Virus record (IMG/VR): IMGVR_UViG_3300008262_000056
Origin: an uncultured virus (IMG/VR IMGVR_UViG_3300008262_000056)
Taxonomy: Duplodnaviria; Heunggongvirae; Uroviricota; Caudoviricetes
Strand: one strand, 5' to 3'
Length of the DNA stretch: 57,720 nt
Position numbers and translations under genes: made by a program. Under the pieces are notes generated by a model. The model was not told where the DNA came from and did not search any database. It worked only from the letters and a program-made list of their open reading frames with translations. Below are positions 38,280-46,455 of the stretch, one piece after another (position 1 is the stretch's first letter; every line of letters starts with the position of its first letter).

Positions 38280-40652
38280 ATGGATCTTTTTAATCCGCCA
38301 AAATTATTTAACTACAATATTATGATAAAAGACTTGGACTTTTCTACGTTTGAAAACCCAATTATACAAGTTGTTTGGGAAGATTTACCAGAAAACTTCA
38401 CACAGGATAAACTCAAAAGTGTAAAACATTACTTCTCAAAAAAGTATAACACAACGAATGTAAATGTGTTAACAAAGGCAAAAAACGTTGAAACCGAAAC
38501 GATGCAAAGTATTGATGTTTCGGTAAATATTAACGATGCTCAGTACCAACTTGAACTAATCACAAACTATCTAAAGTCAAAAGGGCACGAAGATAAAAGT
38601 GAGGATATATTAGCTATTAATAGAATGGTTGAGAATAGAATGTCTGGGGACGAAGAAAACCAAGCTCAATTTAAAAAGTGGTATATTCGAAACATTGAGT
38701 TCTCAAACTTTTTATCATATGGAGAAAATCAAAGATTAGACTTTGATAAGTTAAATGGGATTGTGGTGGTTGAGTCTGATCCACCAAACTTTGGGGGGAA
38801 AACGGTTCTTACCGTTGACCTCCTAATGTTTTTATTCTTTAATGAAACGACAAAAACAACCAAAGCCGAGGAGATCTTCAACCGATTTTCAAATAAAGAC
38901 AAAGTTCACGTTAAAGGTGAAATTACAATTGATGGTGAAGATTATGTTATTATAAGAAACATTGAAAGAAAGTTATCTAAGAAAGGTGATTGGAACGTTA
39001 AAACAGAATTGGACTTCTTCAAAAAATTATCGGACGGTACCTTATTAAATTTTACTGGTGAACAAAGAAGAGAAACAGAAGCCTTCATTAAGAATTCAAT
39101 TGGAACCAAAGAGGACTTCTTAATGACAATTCTAACAACAGGATCAAATCTTGAAGAGTTGTTAGAGTCAAAACCAACGGCAAGAGGCCAGGTTTTGTCA
39201 CGTTTTATGGGACTTGAGTTTTTGAAAAGAAAAGAAGAAGTTGCAAAAGAAATCTACTCCGAGTTTTCAAAACAAAAAATTTCCAACATTTATTCATCAG
39301 AGCAATTAAAGACTGATATTGAAACGTATCAAAACTCAATTTCTGAATTACAAAATCAAATTAAGGAAAGTAAATTAAAATTGGTTGAGACTGATGAAGC
39401 GATAACAAAAGGTAAAACATATCGTGATGATATGTTAAAGAAAAAACACACAAACATTGATCAAGAATTGAGTTTGTTAAACCCTGAAAAAACCAAAGAT
39501 GAAATTAAAGAAATTGAACGTGAGAAATCGGGATATCTTGCAAAAATATCCGAAATCAAAGTTGTTGAACCTTCTAAATTCTATGAAGAAGAAATCCATG
39601 ACAAGGTTAAAGAAGAGATCAACATTCTTTACAAAGAGATCGTTAAAGTTGATACAGAAATTGCGTCAATTAACAAATTAAAATCTTCAGTTGAAGGTGG
39701 AATCAAATGTGAACACTGTGGAATTGAGTTGATGAATGCTGCTATTACAAATGCCAAAATTGCCGAATTAGATGGATTTATCGTGCAAAAAACCACAAAA
39801 ACAACACTTATGACGGATTTATCCGACAAAGAAAAAAGTTTTGTACAACTCAAAAAAGAGTTTGACGAATATGAAAAAAACAAGTTGGTTAAAGAAAAGT
39901 ATGAGATTTCTGTTGAAAGTTGTGACCTTAAGATTGGGTCGTTAAGTGATAAGATCAAAAGATGGGAGGAAATTCAAGATAAAATCCAAGAAAATCAAAA
40001 AATCGAAGCTCAGTTAATAAAGGCCGACGTGAGATTAGATGAGTTGGAAAATCAAAGAAGAACGATTAATAATTCAATCACAACAAACGAGGGATCAATT
40101 AAATCTATTGAGGAAAAGATTGATATTAACCAAAAGAAAATTGTTACAATTAAAGAGGAAGAAGAAAAAGAAAAGATATATAAGATCTACTTGGAACTTT
40201 ATGGTAAGAACGGTATATCAAAAATAATTATGAAAACAATGATGCCATTAATCAATTCTGAATTACAAAGATTGATGGAAGACTCATGTTATTTCAAATT
40301 GGAAATTCGTATTAATGAAAAGAATGAGGTTGAATTTATTATGACTGATAATGCAACTGGTGTTGAGAAATTAATGACTTCAGGTTCAGGTTTTGAAAAA
40401 ACAATTTCTTCATTAGCTTTGAGATCAGTTCTTACTAAGATTGCAAGTTTACCCAAACCAAATCTTGTTGTTCTTGATGAGGTGTTTGGAAAAATTGCTA
40501 ATGACAACTTAGAGATGGTTTATGAATTCTTCACAAAAATTAAAGATTATTTTGAAAAGATCTTTGTAATAAGTCACAACTCAATAGTATCAACTTGGGG
40601 TGATCATGTTGTAAAAATTAAGAAAGAAAACAATTTGTCAAAAGTTTTATAG
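38280..40652 (+). CDS. Rad50/SbcC (gp46-like) ABC ATPase with ~130-aa N-terminal extension
   Basis: NFLSYG, NFGGKT Walker A, CEHC zinc hook, SGSGFE signature, LVVLDE Walker B, ISH. Confidence 0.9.
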   Translation: MDLFNPPKLFNYNIMIKDLDFSTFENPIIQVVWEDLPENFTQDKLKSVKHYFSKKYNTTNVNVLTKAKNVETETMQSIDVSVNINDAQYQLELITNYLKSKGHEDKSEDILAINRMVENRMSGDEENQAQFKKWYIRNIEFSNFLSYGENQRLDFDKLNGIVVVESDPPNFGGKTVLTVDLLMFLFFNETTKTTKAEEIFNRFSNKDKVHVKGEITIDGEDYVIIRNIERKLSKKGDWNVKTELDFFKKLSDGTLLNFTGEQRRETEAFIKNSIGTKEDFLMTILTTGSNLEELLESKPTARGQVLSRFMGLEFLKRKEEVAKEIYSEFSKQKISNIYSSEQLKTDIETYQNSISELQNQIKESKLKLVETDEAITKGKTYRDDMLKKKHTNIDQELSLLNPEKTKDEIKEIEREKSGYLAKISEIKVVEPSKFYEEEIHDKVKEEINILYKEIVKVDTEIASINKLKSSVEGGIKCEHCGIELMNAAITNAKIAELDGFIVQKTTKTTLMTDLSDKEKSFVQLKKEFDEYEKNKLVKEKYEISVESCDLKIGSLSDKIKRWEEIQDKIQENQKIEAQLIKADVRLDELENQRRTINNSITTNEGSIKSIEEKIDINQKKIVTIKEEEEKEKIYKIYLELYGKNGISKIIMKTMMPLINSELQRLMEDSCYFKLEIRINEKNEVEFIMTDNATGVEKLMTSGSGFEKTISSLALRSVLTKIASLPKPNLVVLDEVFGKIANDNLEMVYEFFTKIKDYFEKIFVISHNSIVSTWGDHVVKIKKENNLSKVL

Positions 40653-40682
40653 AATTTTTAAAACTAATTAGAATTTTATCAG

Positions 40683-40690
40683 TATATTTG
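40683..40690 (+). promoter_or_regulatory. Bacteroidota-type -7 box TATATTTG
   Basis: Matches TAnnTTTG; 21 nt before ATG 40712. Confidence 0.5.
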
Positions 40691-40711
40691 TAGAACAATT
40701 AAAACACACAA

Positions 40712-41236
40712 ATGAACTACTTACTTTTTGTATATTATAATTCTGAAGTAGAAAATTCAGAAGAAAAAACACAAGAAATCGGAACACAACTTGCAGAACA
40801 TATGACTAGTGGTCAGGTTAAATTTATGTATGGAGATCGACATGCAATCTTCCATTTTGGATGTAAAAGTGATTTTAAAGATGTTGCTGATGTAGTATTC
40901 TTTATTTCCGAAGAAATACCGGGATTTGAATATCTTTTAACAAAAAAAGGTAGAGACCACAGTTCAAACTTTGATGAAGACAACCTTGAGCACTTAATGT
41001 CGTTAAAGAACACCACACCGAAGAAACATAAACCAGCGGCACCAAAATTAAGAACAAAAAATCTTGGTGATGGTGAAACGTTTTTGGATATTGCAGATCT
41101 TATTTTAAATCTAAAAAGAAAAGAAGTTTGTAATATGACTTTGGACGAACTATTAGATAAAATTAGTACTCAAGGTATGAATTCATTATCTGAAGTTGAA
41201 AAACAAAAGTTAGACGAATACTCAAAATCACTTTAA
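40712..41236 (+). CDS. Hypothetical protein with C-terminal DUF6576-like motif
   Basis: LDELLDKISTQGMNSLSEVEKQKL. Confidence 0.6.
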   Translation: MNYLLFVYYNSEVENSEEKTQEIGTQLAEHMTSGQVKFMYGDRHAIFHFGCKSDFKDVADVVFFISEEIPGFEYLLTKKGRDHSSNFDEDNLEHLMSLKNTTPKKHKPAAPKLRTKNLGDGETFLDIADLILNLKRKEVCNMTLDELLDKISTQGMNSLSEVEKQKLDEYSKSL

Positions 41237-41245
41237 CAAACATAT

Positions 41246-42046
41246 ATGAAAGACAAAAACACAGGGGCACCTATCAATCAGGATGAGATTTATCACTACC
41301 TTAAAGATATTAGAAAAATTAAGGTAATGACTGCAGAACGCGAACGTCATTTAGCCACACGAATGAAGTCGAATGATCTTACCTTGATTGAAAAACAACA
41401 AATTGAGGAAGAACTTTTAACAGGAAACCTACGTTTTGTAATAACAGTTGCAAAACAATATCAAAATCAAGGTTTAGATTTGTCAGATCTTATTGCAGAA
41501 GGTAATTTTGGTTTGATGAAAGCAATCAAGAACTTTGATTGGAATAAAGACTTACGTTTTATATCTTATGCTGTTTGGTGGGTTAAACAATCCATAATCC
41601 AATCTTTGAACGATAATTCGAGAACGATCCGTCTACCGGTAAACGTTGTCCAAGACTTACAAAAGGCTAAAAAGGAATTAGAGCAAACAGGAAAAAAACT
41701 TGACGACAAGTTCCAAACTTTACCATCTATCATAGATTTGGATATGAATATCAATGAAGACGGTGATACTTTGATTGATATGATTGAGAATAAAGACGCT
41801 GTAGCACCTGACGCTAGTTTTCACACAAAAGACATATTAAAAGATAAGTTAATGAGACTTTTAGATGTTTTGGATGAAAGAGAAAAAGTCATTGTAGGTG
41901 ATTACTTTGGTTTAACAGGAACACCAAGAACATTGGAAGATATTGGATCTGACTTTGGTTTAACAAAAGAACGTGTTCGTCAAATTAAAGAAAAAGCTCT
42001 TCGTAGACTTAGAAATGATTCTTCCGAATTATTTGATTATTTATAG
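41246..42046 (+). CDS. RNA polymerase sigma-70 family factor, RpoD-like, short Bacteroidota type
   Basis: NLRFVITVAKQYQNQGLDLSDLIAEGNFGL, FISYAVWWVKQSI, RTIRLP and FGLTKERVRQIKEKALRRLR; no region 1.1. Confidence 0.95.
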   Translation: MKDKNTGAPINQDEIYHYLKDIRKIKVMTAERERHLATRMKSNDLTLIEKQQIEEELLTGNLRFVITVAKQYQNQGLDLSDLIAEGNFGLMKAIKNFDWNKDLRFISYAVWWVKQSIIQSLNDNSRTIRLPVNVVQDLQKAKKELEQTGKKLDDKFQTLPSIIDLDMNINEDGDTLIDMIENKDAVAPDASFHTKDILKDKLMRLLDVLDEREKVIVGDYFGLTGTPRTLEDIGSDFGLTKERVRQIKEKALRRLRNDSSELFDYL

Positions 42047-42175
42047 AATGGGTTGAACCGAGATTACCCATACAACTCGGCAGAAGGTGCCTGAAGTCAC
42101 CAGGGTGAAACTCCCCAATTCTATCTATACGGTAGAATGAAATTACACTCCCCCACTGGTACCGGTGGGGGTTTT
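42047..42175 (+). ncRNA. Candidate structured small RNA with a possible H-type pseudoknot
   Basis: About 49% GC island; pairings 42048-53/42066-71, 42058-62/42076-80 and 42118-25/42131-38; TATTTATA immediately upstream and terminator at end. Confidence 0.55.
42150..42175 (+). terminator. Intrinsic terminator
   Basis: CCCCCACTG-GTAC-CGGTGGGGG followed by TTTTATTGTTTT. Confidence 0.85.
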
Positions 42176-42244
42176 ATTGTTTTATAGGGTTTATAATTAT
42201 CAATCATTTGATTATTTTGATATTTATCAAATAAAACAAATTAA

Positions 42245-43468
42245 ATGAATAAAAAATTTTTACCCTGGTTTTTATTGTTTTGTGCTTTAGGATTGTCAGG
42301 GACTGCCGCTTATTATAGTGTTATAGGTTTATCAATAATTTTCTCAGCTGTTGCAATTCCTGTTATTATAATGGGATCGTTTTTAGAAATATCTAAACTT
42401 GCAATTGCAACCTATCTACACGACAAATGGAAAGAAACTTACGGAGTTTTGAAGATCTATCTTACAATGGCCCTTGTAGTTCTTTCAATTCTAACTTCTG
42501 TTGGTATCTACGGGTTACTTTCAACAGGATTCCAAAAAAATATTGCGGGTCTTGAAATTAACAATAAAGTAATTGAAAATATTGAAGTTAAAAAAACTCG
42601 ATTCGAAGAAATCAAAACTGACTATCAAAAAGAGAAAAGTGTTTTGGACAAAGATATCACCAATTTAAGAAACGCCCTCTCAACTAACACAACTACCCAA
42701 TCAATAGATAGAACGACGGGACAGGTCATTACAAGAGCAAATGGAGGTAATAGAAAGGCTTTTGAGACTCAGTTAAAAGTTGCTCAAGAGAATAGAGATG
42801 GAATATCAAAGAAAATTGAATCCCTTAATGATAGTATTACTAGATTAGATTTAGAAATATTAGATCTTGCTTCCACAGAAATTGAATCAGGTGAGTTAGG
42901 TGCAATCAAGTATTTAAGTGAGATTACAGGTTGGGATGTTAAAAAAACTGCTAACTTTTTTATTCTAACTCTGATATTTGTGTTTGATCCTTTAGCAATT
43001 GCTTTAGTTATTTCTACAAACCAAGCATTTAAAATTTATAGAAGAAAAGATGAGGAAGAAGATAAAGTTGAAGATGAGTATCCTTTTTATGATGAGGTAG
43101 AAATACCTGAAAGTTATTTTGCAAATCATACCCCCCAAGTCACCCCCCAAGTCACCCCCCAAGTCGAACCTGAAATTGTTGAAAGAATTGTTGAAGTTCC
43201 TGTTGAAATTATTAAGGAAGTTGAAAAAATTGTTGAGGTTCCTGTGGAAGTTGTAAGAGAGGTTCCTGTTGATAGATTGGTTGAGGTTGTAAGAGAAGTT
43301 CCTGTTGAAGTGGTAAAAGAAATTGAGGTTCCTGTCGAGGTCCCCTTCAAATATTACGTAAACGATAATGGTCAAATATTTGATGATCAGGGAAATGAAG
43401 TTGAAGAAAGATTGTTTAATAAAAAGTTAGAAGAGATTGAGAAGAGGGTTTTAAAATATCAAAAATAA
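42245..43468 (+). CDS. Multi-pass membrane protein with coiled coil and C-terminal VEVP repeats
   Basis: Three N-terminal hydrophobic helices, coiled coil, FDPLAIAL helix, (EIVEVPV)n tail; TATTTAT at 42221. Confidence 0.7.
   Translation: MNKKFLPWFLLFCALGLSGTAAYYSVIGLSIIFSAVAIPVIIMGSFLEISKLAIATYLHDKWKETYGVLKIYLTMALVVLSILTSVGIYGLLSTGFQKNIAGLEINNKVIENIEVKKTRFEEIKTDYQKEKSVLDKDITNLRNALSTNTTTQSIDRTTGQVITRANGGNRKAFETQLKVAQENRDGISKKIESLNDSITRLDLEILDLASTEIESGELGAIKYLSEITGWDVKKTANFFILTLIFVFDPLAIALVISTNQAFKIYRRKDEEEDKVEDEYPFYDEVEIPESYFANHTPQVTPQVTPQVEPEIVERIVEVPVEIIKEVEKIVEVPVEVVREVPVDRLVEVVREVPVEVVKEIEVPVEVPFKYYVNDNGQIFDDQGNEVEERLFNKKLEEIEKRVLKYQK
43130..43165 (+). repeat. 3 x 12-nt perfect tandem repeat ACCCCCCAAGTC (TPQV x3)
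   Basis: Read directly. Confidence 0.95.
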
Positions 43469-43471
43469 TAT

Positions 43472-44065
43472 ATGGAAATAATTGAAAATTTAATCCAAAC
43501 AAACTTTAAAAAAGAAGACAAAAAAAATCAAATAGTTCTTTGTCACACATCAAGAACACTTTTTGATTATATGGTCTCAATAAAATTTAGATTTGGTGGA
43601 AAACCTATCAGATTACCTCATTACATTATTAGTAGAGACGGTAGGATTTTGCAGTTATTAGATGAAGAATTAAATGGTTATTTTACTAATAATGATCGAA
43701 TAAATTCCAAATCAATTGTGGTTTGTTTGGAAAACTTAGGATGGTTAGAAAAAGAACCTTTAAAACACCATCACATTAATTGGATTGGTAATATTTATAA
43801 AGAGAAAGTTTTTGATCGTAAGTGGAGAGATTATTTTTTTTGGCACCCATACACCGACATACAAGTTGAAAAAACTGCAGAGTTGTGTTTAGAGTTGACA
43901 AAAAAACATAAAATTGAAAAAAACTTTATTGGACACAACACAAAGGTAAAAGGTGTTGAGTCTTTTATGGGTATCATTACGAGATCAAACTTTGATGAAT
44001 TTGCAACGGATCTAAGTCCGGCATTTGATTTTGAAAAATTTAATAAATTGTTGAATGATGAGTAA
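43472..44065 (+). CDS. N-acetylmuramoyl-L-alanine amidase-like (Amidase_2) protein, putative endolysin
   Basis: IVLCHTS, PHYIISRDGRILQL, NSKSIVVCLE, YTDIQ, IGH and DLSP. Confidence 0.7.
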   Translation: MEIIENLIQTNFKKEDKKNQIVLCHTSRTLFDYMVSIKFRFGGKPIRLPHYIISRDGRILQLLDEELNGYFTNNDRINSKSIVVCLENLGWLEKEPLKHHHINWIGNIYKEKVFDRKWRDYFFWHPYTDIQVEKTAELCLELTKKHKIEKNFIGHNTKVKGVESFMGIITRSNFDEFATDLSPAFDFEKFNKLLNDE

Positions 44066-44648
44066 CTACGATGAAATAAAAAATTTGATTAGAGCATCAA
44101 GAAATGCCTTTAATACAAATTTAAATGAAGATGCCCAACGTATTAAAAAACAGTATGGGTTATTAACAGAACAACCTGTTGAGAAGGAAGAAGAAGTTGT
44201 TAAAGATGAAAACCAATCTTTCCAAAAAGAAAAAAAGGATTCTGATGAAATCGGAACTCAAAGAGATAAACAAAAGGCTTTTAGAATATTGGCCAATATT
44301 ATCGTTCTTCATGGAAAAACTAAGGCCGATCTACAATTGACTACAGATGAAAAAAACGCATTTACCTCAAGTGTTGATGAGTTTAGAACTGATGTTGCCG
44401 AATTAGTTGAATTTGGCAGACTTAATGTTTTCCCAAGTAACGTTGAATGGTCGGGTAAAATTTTAGAAAATGATATTGAATTTTTCTATACAATAAACGA
44501 ACCAAATGGTATCTACATTAATGGTCAAATGATAAAAATAGATCAAGATTATTTGGAAACAATTAATAAGTTACAAGCTTATTATGAGAAATTTAAAAAT
44601 AAATGGAGTAAAATTGTCGCAACAAGACAAGAAGATGTTGAAAAATGA
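44055..44648 (+). CDS. Hypothetical protein, possibly head-associated
   Basis: Leader-like NYDEIKNLI...LNE/LTE N-terminus. Confidence 0.55.
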   Translation: MMSNYDEIKNLIRASRNAFNTNLNEDAQRIKKQYGLLTEQPVEKEEEVVKDENQSFQKEKKDSDEIGTQRDKQKAFRILANIIVLHGKTKADLQLTTDEKNAFTSSVDEFRTDVAELVEFGRLNVFPSNVEWSGKILENDIEFFYTINEPNGIYINGQMIKIDQDYLETINKLQAYYEKFKNKWSKIVATRQEDVEK

Positions 44649-44998
44649 AAGAGTTCTTAATTAAAAATTGGAAAAATATTGTTCTTGGTTTATTGGGGGT
44701 GATTTTTGTTTATTTGTTGGTTCGAGTTTTTACACCAACTCCTGATATGTCAGAACTTAACAAATATAAGTTAGAACAAATAGACAAACACATCAACGAG
44801 ATGAAAAACCTCCAAAAAAGTTTGAGTGACTCAATACAATCTTACCAACACAAAATTGATGAGATTGACGATAAAATTTCACATATAAAAATTGAGAAAA
44901 AAGAGGTAAATAATTTTTACACTCAAAAAAGAGAAGAGATAAAAAACGCAGACAAGAAACAAATTGATAGTCTGTTAAGAAGTAGATATAATTTTTAA
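44645..44998 (+). CDS. N-terminal TM plus coiled-coil protein, i-spanin-like
   Basis: IVLGLLGVIFVYLLV anchor then heptads; near amidase. Confidence 0.5.
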   Translation: MKEFLIKNWKNIVLGLLGVIFVYLLVRVFTPTPDMSELNKYKLEQIDKHINEMKNLQKSLSDSIQSYQHKIDEIDDKISHIKIEKKEVNNFYTQKREEIKNADKKQIDSLLRSRYNF

Positions 44999-44999
44999 C

Positions 45000-45416
45000 A
45001 TGAAAAAACTAATATTTTTAATTTCATTTGTGTTTGTTAGTTTCATATCCGAAGCACAAGTAAAAAAACCTGTCGACACAACCCAAATGTGTATTCCTTA
45101 CGATGTAGCACAAAAAATGTTATTAGAACTTAATGATTACGACAGATTGAAAGAATTATCAAAACTAGATAAAAAAGAAATCACCGAACTTAATAATAAA
45201 ATAAATCTTTTAGAAAAAACAAATAATACTTGGCAAGTTAAAGATTCTTTAAGTGGTCAGATAATTTTACAAACAGAAGAAAAGGTAAAAATTTATAAAG
45301 AAGAAAATGAGAATTTAAACAAAGAATTGAAGAGACTTAAAACAAAAAATACACTATTTAATATTATATCAGGAGCTATTATTGCTCCATTAACATATAT
45401 CGCAGTTTTTAAATAA
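45000..45416 (+). CDS. Signal-peptide coiled-coil protein with C-terminal hydrophobic helix, spanin-like
   Basis: MKKLIFLISFVFVSFISEAQ signal; LFNIISGAIIAPLTYIAVF tail. Confidence 0.5.
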   Translation: MKKLIFLISFVFVSFISEAQVKKPVDTTQMCIPYDVAQKMLLELNDYDRLKELSKLDKKEITELNNKINLLEKTNNTWQVKDSLSGQIILQTEEKVKIYKEENENLNKELKRLKTKNTLFNIISGAIIAPLTYIAVFK

Positions 45417-45661
45417 TGGCCCTTACATCCTCAGATAAAAAAGAAATTGAAGTAATGATTAGAAAAGAGATCAAAGATTTCTTCAATTCTAACACTGCTA
45501 AACAATTTGAGGATAAGTTGATTGATAAAATCTCCAAAGAAATGCAAAAAGGAGGTCTTAAAAAAGACGTTAAAGAAATCGTCATAAAATCATTCCAAGA
45601 ATACTTTCAGACCATGTATCAGCAAAGATATTATTGGGAGTCAAAATTTAGAAGTGTGTGA
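45416..45661 (+). CDS. Hypothetical protein (81 aa)
   Basis: Translationally coupled ORF. Confidence 0.6.
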   Translation: MALTSSDKKEIEVMIRKEIKDFFNSNTAKQFEDKLIDKISKEMQKGGLKKDVKEIVIKSFQEYFQTMYQQRYYWESKFRSV

Positions 45662-46431
45662 TGGAAGATATTTTTAACAAAATAAAGGAAAAGGTTAGTT
45701 ATGGATTGGCAGATAATGCTGATGCAAAATATGATACATTGAAAGCATTAAACAAAGCTTCATCAGAATTATCTGAAGAAAAACATTTTACCGATTTTTT
45801 GAAAGATAAAGAAGACTTGATGAAAGTTTATTTGTTGGTTAAAAACAAAAAATTGTCAAACAATCAAATAAAGAAAAAAATAAAAGAATATTTGAAAGAT
45901 CCTGAGGAAATAACAAAATTCCTTGAATCGGTTTTAAATTCCAACAAGTCAAAAAAGAAAGAAGAATCTAAAGAGGCGATGGGAGCGGCATCCGCTGGTG
46001 GATACTCAATGCCATTATTCTCAACGACTAAAGGTGATATAGTTAAAGGTGTTAAGACTGTCAGAGAACAAGCCGAATATGACTTAAGTATTGAGGATGG
46101 TGATGGAGAAGTAACGAAAGCCGAAACAAAAGAAGCAACAAGTGTATCATCAAGTGGACAATATAATCAACCCTCAATTTGGGCAAAATCCATGAAGAAA
46201 AAAGATTTCAGAGGATATTCTAAGTCACAAATTCCTGGAGGAAAGTTTGTCCAAGTTAAGAAAAAATGTAAAAAATTCCCTTATTGTAATCAGGGGGATA
46301 TAAAGGCATTGAAAATATTCGAAAACGAATCAGTGCAGAACGCAATAGACAGTGTCTCGAGTAGCTACGGGATTGATAAAAACTATATTTCAGAAATTGT
46401 CTTTCAGGAAATCAGACAAAGACAAAAGTAA
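45658..46431 (+). CDS. Hypothetical protein with two EA..xSxG.Y..P repeats and C-terminal CKKFPYC
   Basis: KEAMGAASAGGYSMPLF and KEATSVSSSGQYNQPSIW. Confidence 0.6.
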   Translation: MMEDIFNKIKEKVSYGLADNADAKYDTLKALNKASSELSEEKHFTDFLKDKEDLMKVYLLVKNKKLSNNQIKKKIKEYLKDPEEITKFLESVLNSNKSKKKEESKEAMGAASAGGYSMPLFSTTKGDIVKGVKTVREQAEYDLSIEDGDGEVTKAETKEATSVSSSGQYNQPSIWAKSMKKKDFRGYSKSQIPGGKFVQVKKKCKKFPYCNQGDIKALKIFENESVQNAIDSVSSSYGIDKNYISEIVFQEIRQRQK

Positions 46432-46455
46432 AGATATTTATAAAGAAAAATAATT

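Noticed and set aside
42044..42094. Pseudoknot-stimulated readthrough of the sigma TAG (would add NGLNRDYPYNSAEGA)
   Set aside because: The first stem begins 1 nt after the stop and would be inside the ribosome; known readthrough pseudoknots need a spacer, and sigma region 4 is already complete.
42090..42112. Hammerhead-like CTGAAG...GAAAC core, and HDV-like or SAM-I-like resemblance
   Set aside because: CUGANGA reads CUGAAGU and I could not build stems I/III; the P2/P3 of HDV and the SAM-I core could not be formed either.
23094..43165. CRISPR array or DGR template/variable repeats
   Set aside because: All tandem repeats are in-frame coding repeats without unique spacers; no reverse transcriptase or adenine-specific mismatched repeat pair was seen.
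43004..43375. Minus-strand Asn/Phe- and Thr/Ser-rich ORFs
   Set aside because: Antisense shadows of the VEVP repeat region.
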